A stretch of 32,000 bases of DNA from positions 60,001-92,000 of the forward strand of contig NC_021219.1 of assembly GCF_000392435.1 (NCBI RefSeq), in the 5' to 3' direction. Shown in pieces: positions 9,751 to 18,900 of the stretch. This DNA is from Candidatus Saccharimonas aalborgensis. Lineage in GTDB: Bacteria; Patescibacteriota; Saccharimonadia; Saccharimonadales; Saccharimonadaceae. The position numbers and the translations under genes were made by a program. The notes under the pieces are model-generated. The model saw only the letters and a list, made by a program, of their open reading frames with translations, was not told the DNA's origin and did not search any database. Each line of letters begins with the position of its first letter. Positions within the stretch are counted from its first letter, which is position 1.

Positions 9751-9954
9751 CTACCGACCCATGAGGGCCGGCCACGCCCCGAAGGGCGACGACACCGGGT
9801 CGAACGGGCTCGGCCGGTCGAGGATCTCGTCGGGGACGAGGGTCTCCTCGACCCAGACCCCGTAGACCGTCGGCTCGACGAAGGCCGTCCCGTCGAGGTT
9901 GACGACAAACTGGCCGGGACGCAGGACGACCACGACGGTGGTGCGCTCGAACAT
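9751..9954 (-). CDS. GC-rich small protein (67 aa): MFERTTVVVVLRPGQFVVNLDGTAFVEPTVYGVWVEETLVPDEILDRPSPFDPVSSPFGAWPALMGR
   Basis: SD TAGGAG 6 nt before ATG, nearly all codons G/C-ending, strong promoter upstream and hairpins downstream. Preferred over the overlapping 9641..10042, 9733..9960 and 9744..10031 frames. Confidence 0.65.
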   Translation of the reverse strand: MFERTTVVVVLRPGQFVVNLDGTAFVEPTVYGVWVEETLVPDEILDRPSPFDPVSSPFGAWPALMGR

Positions 9955-10017
9955 GGATAGCTCCTAATCTCACTCTGCCCACGATGGGCAAACACCACAG
10001 CCGGAACGTCCCGACGA

Positions 10018-10071
10018 GTGCTGAGTGGCAACGATAGTCCAACTCGTTAGCCTATCATTGCCCCTCAGCAC
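10018..10071 (-). promoter_or_regulatory. Large 5'-leader hairpin (20-nt arms, 14-nt loop) of the 9751..9954 transcript
   Basis: GTGCTGAGTGGCAACGATAG (10018-10037) pairs with CTATCATTGCCCCTCAGCAC (10052-10071); 18 of 20 positions complementary. Confidence 0.75.
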
Positions 10072-10124
10072 ATACTCTCTCCTTGTCAAAGATCGTGTGA
10101 GGTTATCTCACAACGAACAAATAC

Positions 10125-10153
10125 ATTATAGCACATTATGCATTAATTTGCAA
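10125..10153 (-). promoter_or_regulatory. Promoter for 9751..9954: -35 TTGCAA (10148-10153), 17-nt spacer, -10 TATAAT (10125-10130)
   Basis: Direct consensus match on the minus strand. Confidence 0.65.
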
Positions 10154-10177
10154 GCATCTTGTACTCCGCCAGGTCTC

Positions 10178-10675
10178 CTAACGGCCAAATAATCCGCCGA
10201 GAAACCCATTCTTTTTTTTCGTCCAGCCTGATTTCTCAAGTAGTTCAAAGAGTGGCTTCTTGATCTCGCTCGTATCGAAACTATACGAGTAAGTCATTCC
10301 ACCGATCGATACACTACTCTGCGGTTGTTTCGCATGCCCAAGGCCAAATCCCATTTCTTTACCTATCTTATGGCCTTTGAATCCTCCCATTTCGCCTCCA
10401 AATGATATGGTACCGTTTGTGAGAAGCGAAAAACCACTAGATTTACTTGTCTGCGTGTCCTGAGAAGTGTACGTATGCGTCAGTTCATCGAGCATCACTA
10501 CAAGCTTAAATGTCTTTTCGACATTGTTGGCGGCAAGTGGAGCCGCCCAAATAGCGTCGAGATATTTCCATTCGGCAACAATCTTGTTTCCCTGGACGGA
10601 ATAGGAGAATGGTCTTTCTGGCAGATTTAGTTGGTTAATTGCTGAAATTATTTGTTCGAGAGATAGTGGCTGCAT
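10178..10675 (-). CDS. Hypothetical protein (165 aa)
   Basis: Long ORF, co-directional with and only 6 nt from the upstream ORF. Confidence 0.7.
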   Translation of the reverse strand: MQPLSLEQIISAINQLNLPERPFSYSVQGNKIVAEWKYLDAIWAAPLAANNVEKTFKLVVMLDELTHTYTSQDTQTSKSSGFSLLTNGTISFGGEMGGFKGHKIGKEMGFGLGHAKQPQSSVSIGGMTYSYSFDTSEIKKPLFELLEKSGWTKKKNGFLGGLFGR

Positions 10676-10681
10676 TGCAGA

Positions 10682-11164
10682 TTACTCTATCTTTGCTTCT
10701 AATGAGCTGTTGCTCGAGCGAAAATTCATCACGCGCCAATTATCACCGTTTTTTTCGAGGATGACACGGATGTACTTCGTACCCGATGATGTATCGACCG
10801 TATAGACGATGATCGCCTTTTGCGAAGAACCTGCGGTGGTTTCTACCGCACGTGCAGTCACCTTCTCGTCTCCTTGTAATGCGGGAGAGACCCGTTTGAT
10901 AACTGCATCGAGATCATCTCTCGATGTCGCACCTCGGAAGCCCTCGCTCGTTAACGCATAGGCTGCCTCGGTGTTTGCCGACTGTACATCGTTGACAAAC
11001 TCGTCACTTACCTTCTTTGGGGAATCTGTCATATTCATGACGACAATAAATATCACTCCTCCCACAATCAATAGTCCAAAAATCACGCTGATAAGTACTA
11101 CGAGCCAACGAGGAACTTTGCCTGAAGCATAGTTATTTTTTAAGTGTGTTGTTGGTGTTTTCAT
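10682..11164 (-). CDS. Membrane-anchored hypothetical protein (160 aa)
   Basis: N-terminal TM (WLVVLISVIFGLLIVGGVIFIVV), extracytoplasmic domain resembling DUF4878/NTF2-like repeats; promoter TTGAGT-17-TATAAT at 11210-11238 (minus). Confidence 0.75.
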   Translation of the reverse strand: MKTPTTHLKNNYASGKVPRWLVVLISVIFGLLIVGGVIFIVVMNMTDSPKKVSDEFVNDVQSANTEAAYALTSEGFRGATSRDDLDAVIKRVSPALQGDEKVTARAVETTAGSSQKAIIVYTVDTSSGTKYIRVILEKNGDNWRVMNFRSSNSSLEAKIE

Positions 11165-11277
11165 GTAAATAATCTAGTTCCTTTTTTTGTTTATTTGTCG
11201 CTGCTGGTGATTATAGCACCCTAGCTTAGAAAACTCAATTATCGACAGTATTTACGCGCATGTTCTATACTTGAAAG

Positions 11278-12411
11278 ATGGATTACAACCAACTCGCTCT
11301 CGATCTCCATGCGCGCTATGGCGGCAAAATTACCACTCAGCTCCGCGATACGAGCGAGCTTGATCGTGCAAAGCTCAGTGCGTATTACAGCCCTGGCGTA
11401 GGAGCAGTTAGTCAGGCGATAGCCGCTGACCCCTCGTCACTTTCCACCTATACCTGGACAAACAATCTCGTCGCTGTGATTTCTGATGGATCTGCCATCC
11501 TCGGCCTCGGGGACCTCGGTCCCAAAGCAGCCATGCCCGTCATGGAAGGCAAAGCCCTGCTGTTTAAGCGCTTTGCCGACATCGATAGCGTACCGATCGT
11601 GCTCGACGTGCACACAGCCGATGAAATCGTCGCTACTGTCAAAGCCATTGCGCCCAGTTTTGGCGCCATCAACCTCGAGGATATCGCCGCGCCAAAGTGT
11701 TTTGAGGTCGAGGAGCGACTCAAAGCTGCTCTCGACATCCCCGTCTTTCATGATGACCAACATGGTACAGCGGTGGTGACACTCGCCGGACTTATCAACG
11801 CAGCAACCGTCACTCATCGTTCACTCGTGGATTCAAAGATAGTTACTATCGGAGCAGGTGCAGCTGGCACAGCCATCATTAAGCTCTTACACCGCTATGG
11901 TTGCCGACAGATTGTAGCAATCGACAGCAAGGGTACTATCGGCGACTATCGCAATGATCTCAACGATGAAAAAAAGGCCCTTCTCGGGTATGTCGACCGT
12001 TCGGCTCACGGCTCACTCAGCGATGCGCTCAAGGAAGCCGATATCTTCATCGGCGTCAGTAAGGGCGGCCTCCTGACATCTGATCTCGTCTCACTCATGG
12101 CACCTAACCCCATCGTCTTCGCACTAGCTAATCCAACACCTGAAATTATGCCCGACGAAGCAAAAGTAGCTGGCGTCGCCGTGATAGCAACCGGCCGAAG
12201 TGATTTTCCCAACCAAGTCAACAATGCCATTGCCTTCCCCGGTATCTTTCGGGGTGCACTTGATCACGGCATCAAAAAGATTACTGACGAACATAAACTC
12301 GCCGCTGCTAAAGCTATCGCCGGATTGGTAGAAACACCTACCCCCGATACAGTTATTCCCAGCGTCTTTGATGAGCGGCTTGTGCCAACGATCGCTGCCG
12401 TCATTACTTAA
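11278..12411 (+). CDS. NAD(P)-dependent malic enzyme (short form)
   Basis: YYSPGVGAVSQAIA...TWTNNLVAVISDGSAILGLGDLGPKAAMPVMEGKALLFKRFADIDSVPI...NLEDIAAPKCF...FHDDQHGTAVV is characteristic. Confidence 0.95.
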   Translation: MDYNQLALDLHARYGGKITTQLRDTSELDRAKLSAYYSPGVGAVSQAIAADPSSLSTYTWTNNLVAVISDGSAILGLGDLGPKAAMPVMEGKALLFKRFADIDSVPIVLDVHTADEIVATVKAIAPSFGAINLEDIAAPKCFEVEERLKAALDIPVFHDDQHGTAVVTLAGLINAATVTHRSLVDSKIVTIGAGAAGTAIIKLLHRYGCRQIVAIDSKGTIGDYRNDLNDEKKALLGYVDRSAHGSLSDALKEADIFIGVSKGGLLTSDLVSLMAPNPIVFALANPTPEIMPDEAKVAGVAVIATGRSDFPNQVNNAIAFPGIFRGALDHGIKKITDEHKLAAAKAIAGLVETPTPDTVIPSVFDERLVPTIAAVIT

Positions 12412-12540
12412 CCTGAGTCTCAAACCCCTCCTCCGACAGACAGTTGGCCCTGATGGGCCAAGGCCCGCCAAGAGCGAAGGCTGATTTAGTTAGCGGCGGG
12501 CCGGTTGTGTGGAGTGAGAGAGTATGAGACTTGAGACTAC
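12411..12540 (+). repeat. Copy B of the dispersed multi-hairpin repeat; 83-nt core at 12426-12508
   Basis: Core identical to 240-322. Fills the whole gap between the convergent malic enzyme and FHA-PP2C genes. Confidence 0.9.
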
Positions 12541-13673
12541 TTGATGTTTGGCGCTACAACAACACAGGTCCGGTCATCGTGCTTGCGCGCTGCGGTGATA
12601 AGGGCGTGCGGTATCTCGGCAGGGTGACTGCAACTCGTGAGATGTCTGATCATCTCGTCATTTGTCATAATATCCGTGCCATAATCGCCCGTGATACCAT
12701 CTGAAACTAAAATGCCGATCTGATGAGGTCGCAGCAACAAGTTTCCTGTCTGCTCAACTCGGTGAGGTCGTCGAGTTATATCGTTTACACCACCTATGAT
12801 GTTTGTCACGAATCTGCCAAAGCCTTCATCAATAGTGATCTGAGTAAGCTCACGAGTCTGTGTATCAAAGGTATAGAGCCGCGAATCACCGATTGATGCC
12901 CAAGCAACAGGGGTGTTCCCTCGGACATCTACAGGAAGACAGCGCGCTACTATTGCGGTTGTTTCAGATTTGATACCTCTATTGACGAGTACTGCGCTCG
13001 TATAATCAAGCACCGAAGCAAGCTCTTGCTCCGCCTGGCGGAGTGAAATGCCTTGGCAAAAGGGTGCACGTGCAACCATTTCGGCTACCAGAGACGAGGC
13101 GTACGCACCATCCGAAGTACTCACACCATCCATGACGCCATATATACCTCTGTGATCGTCAACGACAGATCGGTCATCGCCGTGCATTTGCAAGTCTTCA
13201 GCGTAGCCGATGCAGATGTGGCTCGATCGCTCAGGAGTATCAAGGCGAAATCCCTCGGCAGTGGTGCCATTGAGCGAGGAAAGATCACGCGCAATGAGCA
13301 TATTGCCCCGACGTCCTAGATGAAGATGACTCCGTGACACAGTCGAAAGCTGATCGAGTGGAATGTGAAACTGATAACCCAGCCACTCTCGACCAATCTG
13401 GTACTCTATACCTTCAGGTAAAACAACCTGATCTTCTGATCCTTCACAGCGTAATACCGCTTCGATGACACGACCTGCATCAGTTTCGACCCCCAGGGTT
13501 GGTACCCAGAGCGCGGTGCGACCAAGGGTTAGCTGAACTGCCACAAAAGGATCACCATCAATACGGTCGATGCCAGCAGGGATCGGCGGATCTAGGGATA
13601 GGTGAGCTTCGGTGGATGACAGTATCCTGCCTCTTAAACCGATACCATCTGTATCGGGTCGGTAACTATTCAT
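12537..13673 (-). CDS. FHA domain - PP2C-type Ser/Thr phosphatase fusion
   Basis: FHA signature VSRSHLHLGRRGNMLIARDLSSLNGT; PP2C signatures GIYGVMDGVS, SIGDSRLY, LVSDGITGDYG, DDRT. Confidence 0.88.
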   Translation of the reverse strand: MNSYRPDTDGIGLRGRILSSTEAHLSLDPPIPAGIDRIDGDPFVAVQLTLGRTALWVPTLGVETDAGRVIEAVLRCEGSEDQVVLPEGIEYQIGREWLGYQFHIPLDQLSTVSRSHLHLGRRGNMLIARDLSSLNGTTAEGFRLDTPERSSHICIGYAEDLQMHGDDRSVVDDHRGIYGVMDGVSTSDGAYASSLVAEMVARAPFCQGISLRQAEQELASVLDYTSAVLVNRGIKSETTAIVARCLPVDVRGNTPVAWASIGDSRLYTFDTQTRELTQITIDEGFGRFVTNIIGGVNDITRRPHRVEQTGNLLLRPHQIGILVSDGITGDYGTDIMTNDEMIRHLTSCSHPAEIPHALITAARKHDDRTCVVVAPNIK

Positions 13674-13677
13674 TAAT

Positions 13678-13706
13678 ACTATTATACCATATAGTGGTAT
13701 AATAGT
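13678..13706. promoter_or_regulatory. Perfect palindrome ACTATTATACCA-TATAG-TGGTATAATAGT overlapping the FHA-PP2C -10 box
   Basis: 12-bp perfect arms, 5-nt spacer; contains TATAAT on both strands. Lies in the 33-bp gap between the pilB-like stop and the FHA-PP2C start. Confidence 0.7.
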
Positions 13707-15329
13707 CTATATTACGCGAGCAATCTCATCGAGTGTTGTTTCGCCTCTGAGCGCCGCCAGTACTCCTGCTTGTTCGAGCGTCAACATGCCGTGCTTGCGT
13801 GCGGCAGTCTCGATAGCCTCTGGGTGCACATCCTCGACATCACCGCGAATGAACCGCTGGATCTCCTCATCAACGATAAGTTGCTCCATGATGACGATAC
13901 GTCCTTTGTAACCAAACGGTGCATCATCACTCGCTACGGGACGCCAGAGCGAAAACGTGTCAAGATCGGGGTGCTCAGTATCCTCTGGGATTCCCTCAAG
14001 CACTCGTTTGACGTAGCTGCGTGTCGCCTCGTCGGGTTCGTAGGCTTGCTTTGTCTCATCCACCAGTCGACGGACCAGACGCTGCGCGATAACCAGGCGA
14101 ATCGCCGAACTAAAGATGGGGTTCACGCCGATCATGTCGATGATTCGGCTAAATGCCGTGCTTGTAGAGTTGGCATGAAAGCTACTGAGCACGAGGTGAC
14201 CAGTAATTGATGCCTGTATCGCAGTCCGGGCTGTATCTTGATCACGAATCTCGCCCACCATCACCACATCAGGGTCGAGACGCAGCACGCTGCGCAACCC
14301 GTCAGCAAACTGTTGTCCGCCCGTGGTATTGATAGGGATCTGGGAGATACCAGAGAGCCCATACTCGATGGGGTCTTCGAGCGTGATGAGTTTTCGATCG
14401 GGAGTATTGAGCGCGTTGAGCATACTATACAGAGTCGTCGACTTTCCGCTTCCTGTCGGACCGACCATCAAGACAAGTCCGCGTGGATGGCTAATGATAT
14501 CATCTATTTGTTCGCGCTGCTTTGGAGGGATACCAAGCAAATCGAGGTTGAGGAGAGATTCATCGAAGTTGAACAAGCGAAGCACCGCATCTTGACCATA
14601 CATGGTGGGAACCGTTTCGACACGAAGATTGAGTAAGTGTGTGGCGCCACCAGCGGTGATCTCGCGCTGCATATGGCCAGACTGCGACTCCGCTGCGGCA
14701 GTCGAGATACCAGCACGGCTAGCAAGTTCGCCCATAATCACCCGATAGCGATCGCGGTCGAGATGGGCAACCGGGTGAAGCGCACCATCAACGCGCATTC
14801 TGATACGAATATCCGTCCGACCGTTTTCGATGTGAATATCGCTCGCACCAAGACGATCTGCCTGGGTAATCAGGTAATTAAAGACGTCCTCACTACTGAC
14901 CGAATTGAGCGTCTTGCTGACAGAAGAGATCGTGTCGCTATCGCCTTCTTTTGCGATGGAGATGTCATCATATACGGCTTTTTTGGGCGGATCAAAACGG
15001 AGCATAAACTGACGATAGGCACTAAGGCTAATCAGCGATATCTGGATAATTTTACCCTCATCGGCATAGTCTTTACGCATCTGTTGGATGAGGGACTGTG
15101 GTGTCTGCGTCGTGGCCCCAAACTCAAAGGCTCTTTCGTCACCGCCTTTGATGAGTGGCACGATATGCCCTTTATACATTTCATCGACCGATAGCACATC
15201 GGTTACAAGCGGAAGATCAGCCTCAAACGGACGCGTGTCCAGATAGGACATGCCGAGGATAGCCGATCGTTGCTGTGTCGACTCTTCATCCTGTTGACGA
15301 CGTTTTTGCTGTATTTCCACTTCGTCCAT
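13707..15329 (-). CDS. pilB: Type II/IV secretion or type IV pilus assembly ATPase (PilB/GspE family)
   Basis: ASDIHIENGRTDIRIRMRVDG, GPTGSGKSTTLYSML, LITLEDPIEY, VGEIRDQDTARTAIQASITGHLVLSSFHANS, RLVIAQRLVRRL. The track start is 15335; ATG 15329 is equally plausible. Confidence 0.93.
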   Translation of the reverse strand: MDEVEIQQKRRQQDEESTQQRSAILGMSYLDTRPFEADLPLVTDVLSVDEMYKGHIVPLIKGGDERAFEFGATTQTPQSLIQQMRKDYADEGKIIQISLISLSAYRQFMLRFDPPKKAVYDDISIAKEGDSDTISSVSKTLNSVSSEDVFNYLITQADRLGASDIHIENGRTDIRIRMRVDGALHPVAHLDRDRYRVIMGELASRAGISTAAAESQSGHMQREITAGGATHLLNLRVETVPTMYGQDAVLRLFNFDESLLNLDLLGIPPKQREQIDDIISHPRGLVLMVGPTGSGKSTTLYSMLNALNTPDRKLITLEDPIEYGLSGISQIPINTTGGQQFADGLRSVLRLDPDVVMVGEIRDQDTARTAIQASITGHLVLSSFHANSTSTAFSRIIDMIGVNPIFSSAIRLVIAQRLVRRLVDETKQAYEPDEATRSYVKRVLEGIPEDTEHPDLDTFSLWRPVASDDAPFGYKGRIVIMEQLIVDEEIQRFIRGDVEDVHPEAIETAARKHGMLTLEQAGVLAALRGETTLDEIARVI

Positions 15330-15382
15330 ATCCATTAGTGTAGCAAACTGCTCATGGTTTTTATAGTGGTAAAATGAGAGTA

Positions 15383-15904
15383 ATGCCTGAAATAACCGTT
15401 GTTGCCCACAACATTCGCAGTACCCACAATGTTGGAGCTATTTTCCGCACCTGCGAAGGATTTGGCGTCAAAAAAATTATCCTCAGCGGCTACACTCCCT
15501 ACCCTCTAGTCAAAAACGACACAAGATTGCCGCACATTAGAGAGAAGATCACTACTCAAATCCATAAAACCGCGCTTGGTGCGGAAGTATTGGTCCCCTT
15601 TGAGTATGTCCCAGATATCTCTATGTGGTTTGACCAGAACGAACAGTACGAAAAACTGCCCGTCATTGCACTCGAGCAAACACCGAAAAGTATCGCGTTA
15701 CCGACCTTTCGCCCACCCCAAAAAATAGCGCTACTCCTCGGCGAAGAAGTGTACGGCATACCAGACGAACTTCTGGCCCGCTGTCAAGATAGTATCGAGA
15801 TTCCTATGAGTGGCAAAAAAGAATCGTTTAATGTCAGTGTCGCGACCGGCATCGCGCTCTATGCACTCACTACTTCGTCGCGATACATTCACTCCCAAAA
15901 ATAG
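15383..15904 (+). CDS. SpoU/TrmH family RNA 2'-O-methyltransferase
   Basis: NIRSTHNVGAIFRTCEGFGVKKIILSGYTP...KIALLLGEEVYGIPDELLARCQDSIEIPMSGKKESFNVSVATGIALY. Confidence 0.93.
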   Translation: MPEITVVAHNIRSTHNVGAIFRTCEGFGVKKIILSGYTPYPLVKNDTRLPHIREKITTQIHKTALGAEVLVPFEYVPDISMWFDQNEQYEKLPVIALEQTPKSIALPTFRPPQKIALLLGEEVYGIPDELLARCQDSIEIPMSGKKESFNVSVATGIALYALTTSSRYIHSQK

Positions 15905-18900
15905 ATGAAAGCTGCGCTACAAGGTCACTCTCCGCATCAACTTTAAAGGGCAGTCGTATCGCCGACGATTTATCTTTACCGAGTACCATAATGATCTCTT
16001 GCTGTCCCGGATACGTATTGCAAGCTTTCTTGAGAGACAGCAGCGCGTCGTGATCGTCTGGATTTTTGACATGAACAAATAGTTTTGTGACGAGAGACGG
16101 AGGTACCGGTATGGCGGCTTGAGCGGGAACTGACTTCGGTGAAGAAGCGACAGCTTTTTTGCGCCGCGATACCACGGCAGTCTTTGGCGCATCCATCTTG
16201 CGACCTGTCGATTCATACTGGGCAAGTTCCCGATCGCTCACAATATCAATTGTCTCCGCGATCAATTTTGCCTCGTCACCTATACCACCTTCTCTATCAC
16301 GAGCACTTACTCTGCCCGTGATCTTGACGACCACGTCTTGATGCAGCTTGTCTCCCAGTTGCTCGTACAGATTTGGAAAAATGATGACCTCACATTCACT
16401 CGATTTGTCCTCTATGCCTGCAAATGCCATCTTAGTCCCTGCTTTTGTGATAATTGTCCTGAGCGTTGTCACGAGTCCACCGACGGTAACTGACTGACCA
16501 TCAATTTTTGGTGAGATATTGTGGAGCGGGATCGTTTGTTCCTCAAAAAATGCATCAAAATTATCGAGCGGATGGGCACTAATGTAAAGACCGAGCAGCT
16601 CTCGCTCCCACATGAGTTGTTCTTTCGAGGTATATTTTGCCGGTGAAGGAAGTAGCTCAACTGAGGGTAATAACTCGCTGCTTGCCCCCAAATCGCCAAA
16701 GAGATCGGTTTGACCGCTGAGCGCTTCTTTCTGCAGCTTGCTTGCGAAGCCCAAAAGTGTTTCTAGGTTGAATAACAAGTCTGATCGATCGCCAAGGGAG
16801 TCAAATGCACCAGATTTTATGAGCGCCTCCCACGTTTTTTTGTTGACTTTACTGGTACTGACACGCTTGGCAAAATCTTCTACTGAGGTAAATTTGCCAT
16901 CCGCATCCCTTGCGCGAATAATCTCCTCGACGGCAGCAGCGCCCACTCCCTTAACCGCGGCCATACCAAATCGTATCTGCTGTTTGTCCGGCACGATAGC
17001 AAACTCAAGGTAGGATTCATTGACGTCAGGGTTGAGAACCGTTAGCCCCATGTGTTTGCACTCGGTAATTTCAATCGCTAACCGATCGATATCACCCTGG
17101 TCGCTCGTCATCAATGCCGCCATAAACGCATCAGGATAGTGTGCCTTGAGATAGGCGGTCCAATACGCAATCAAACCGTAGCATGCCGAATGAGACTTGT
17201 TAAAGGCATAGTCAGCAAAGCCAAGGATATCGTGCCAGATTTTTTCGACCGTCGCCTTTGGGACACCATTGTTTACAGCACCATCGATAAACTGCGATCC
17301 CATTTTCTTTAGGACTTCAGGAATCTTCTTGCCAATTCCTTTTCGAAGCGTATCTGCCTCACCGCCCGTAAACCCTGACATCTCTTTGCTCATCTGCATC
17401 ACTTGCTCTTGGTAGACGATCACGCCGTACGTACTTGAGAGAGCATTCTTCGTGAGCTCGTGTTCGTAGGTAACCTTTTCGAGTCCGTTTTTGCGTTTGA
17501 CGAAACTATCGGTCAGTCCCGCCCCCAAAGGACCAGGTCGATACAAAGCACACATCGCGATGATATCTTCGAATTCCGTTGGTTTTAGCTCCCGCAGGTA
17601 GCGCTTCATGCCTGCCGACTCGAGCTGAAATACCCCCGTGGTTGCTCCTTGTTGCAATAATTCAAACGTCTTTGGATCATCCATGGGTAACGTTGAGAGA
17701 TCTATGTCATTTTTATATACTTTACGGATGATACGCATTGCATTGTTGATAATGGTAAGGTTTGACAGCCCAAGAAAGTCCATCTTGAGGAGTCCTAGTT
17801 CCTCGACGGGGCCCATTGGATACTGCGTAGCAACCACGCCTTTTTGTGCCATCTCAACCGGCACATAGCGCACAATATCATCAGGTGCAATGACCACGCC
17901 CGCAGCATGGACGCCATGGCTCCGGATGGTACCTTCGAGACGAACAGCAAAATCAAAGACTTGTTTTGCAATCGGATTTGTCTCGTATTCATGCTTCAGA
18001 TCATGATCCTCGACAATACTCACCCTGAGCGGTATATGCCGTCCCTGGTTTGGCGGTGGAATGAGTTTTGCCAGACGATCGCTCTCTGCATAGGGCACCT
18101 GCAAAACGCGGGCTACATCGCGAACCGCTGCACGAGCTGCCATTTTACCGAAGGTGACGATGTTGGCGACCCGACCCTCACCATACTTTTCGGAACAGTA
18201 TCGGATTACTTCGTCTCGGCGTGTATCCTGAATGTCAATATCAATATCCGGCATACTGATACGGTCAGGGTTGAGAAATCGCTCAAAAAGCAGATCGTAC
18301 TTCAGTGGGTCAAGATCAGTAATATTAAGCGCATAGGCCACAATCGACCCAGCCGCTGAGCCACGTCCCGGACCAAACACGATACCTCGATTTTTTCCCC
18401 AGTTGATAAAGTCTTGGACGATCAAGAAATAGCCTTCATAGCCCATTTTTTCCATGACGTCCATTTCCATTTTAGCGCGATCACGAACAACGTCAGATAA
18501 GTTTGAGGTAATTTTTTCGGGAGATAGCTTGGCCGCCTCCTCGGCAGATAGCGCGGTATAGCGGACCGCTAATCCCTGGTATACAAGCTTCTTTAGATAA
18601 CTGTGTTCTGTTTCACCTTTTGGCGTGGGATACTTTGGGATCAATATTTTGCCGAGCTCAAGCTCGACTGAGCAGCGATCGGCTATCCTGCGAGTATTTC
18701 GTATGATTTCTGGGTCGCTTTCTCCCCAACGAGCAATAATATCGCGCGGGTCGGTGAGATGAAGCTCAAACTCCTTGAGGCTCATGCGATTGGCGTCTGA
18801 AAGGAACGACCCGGTGCCAACACAGAGGAGGATTTCATGTGCTTCTCGATCATTATGCTCAAGATAATGTCCATCGCATGTTACAACCATAGGGATATCG

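Noticed and set aside
9641-10042. 133-aa minus ORF (MDYRCHSALVG...) and plus ORF 9733..9960
   Set aside because: Basic/low-complexity translations typical of alternative frames of GC-rich DNA. The 67-aa frame has the SD and the coherent codon pattern.
12124-12471. 115-aa minus ORF spanning the malic enzyme 3' end and repeat copy B
   Set aside because: Antisense shadow of the malic enzyme gene with no supporting motif or SD; it reads through the palindromic repeat.
14637-15194. 185-aa plus ORF opposite the pilB-like gene
   Set aside because: Antisense to a conserved ATPase, with no initiation signals.
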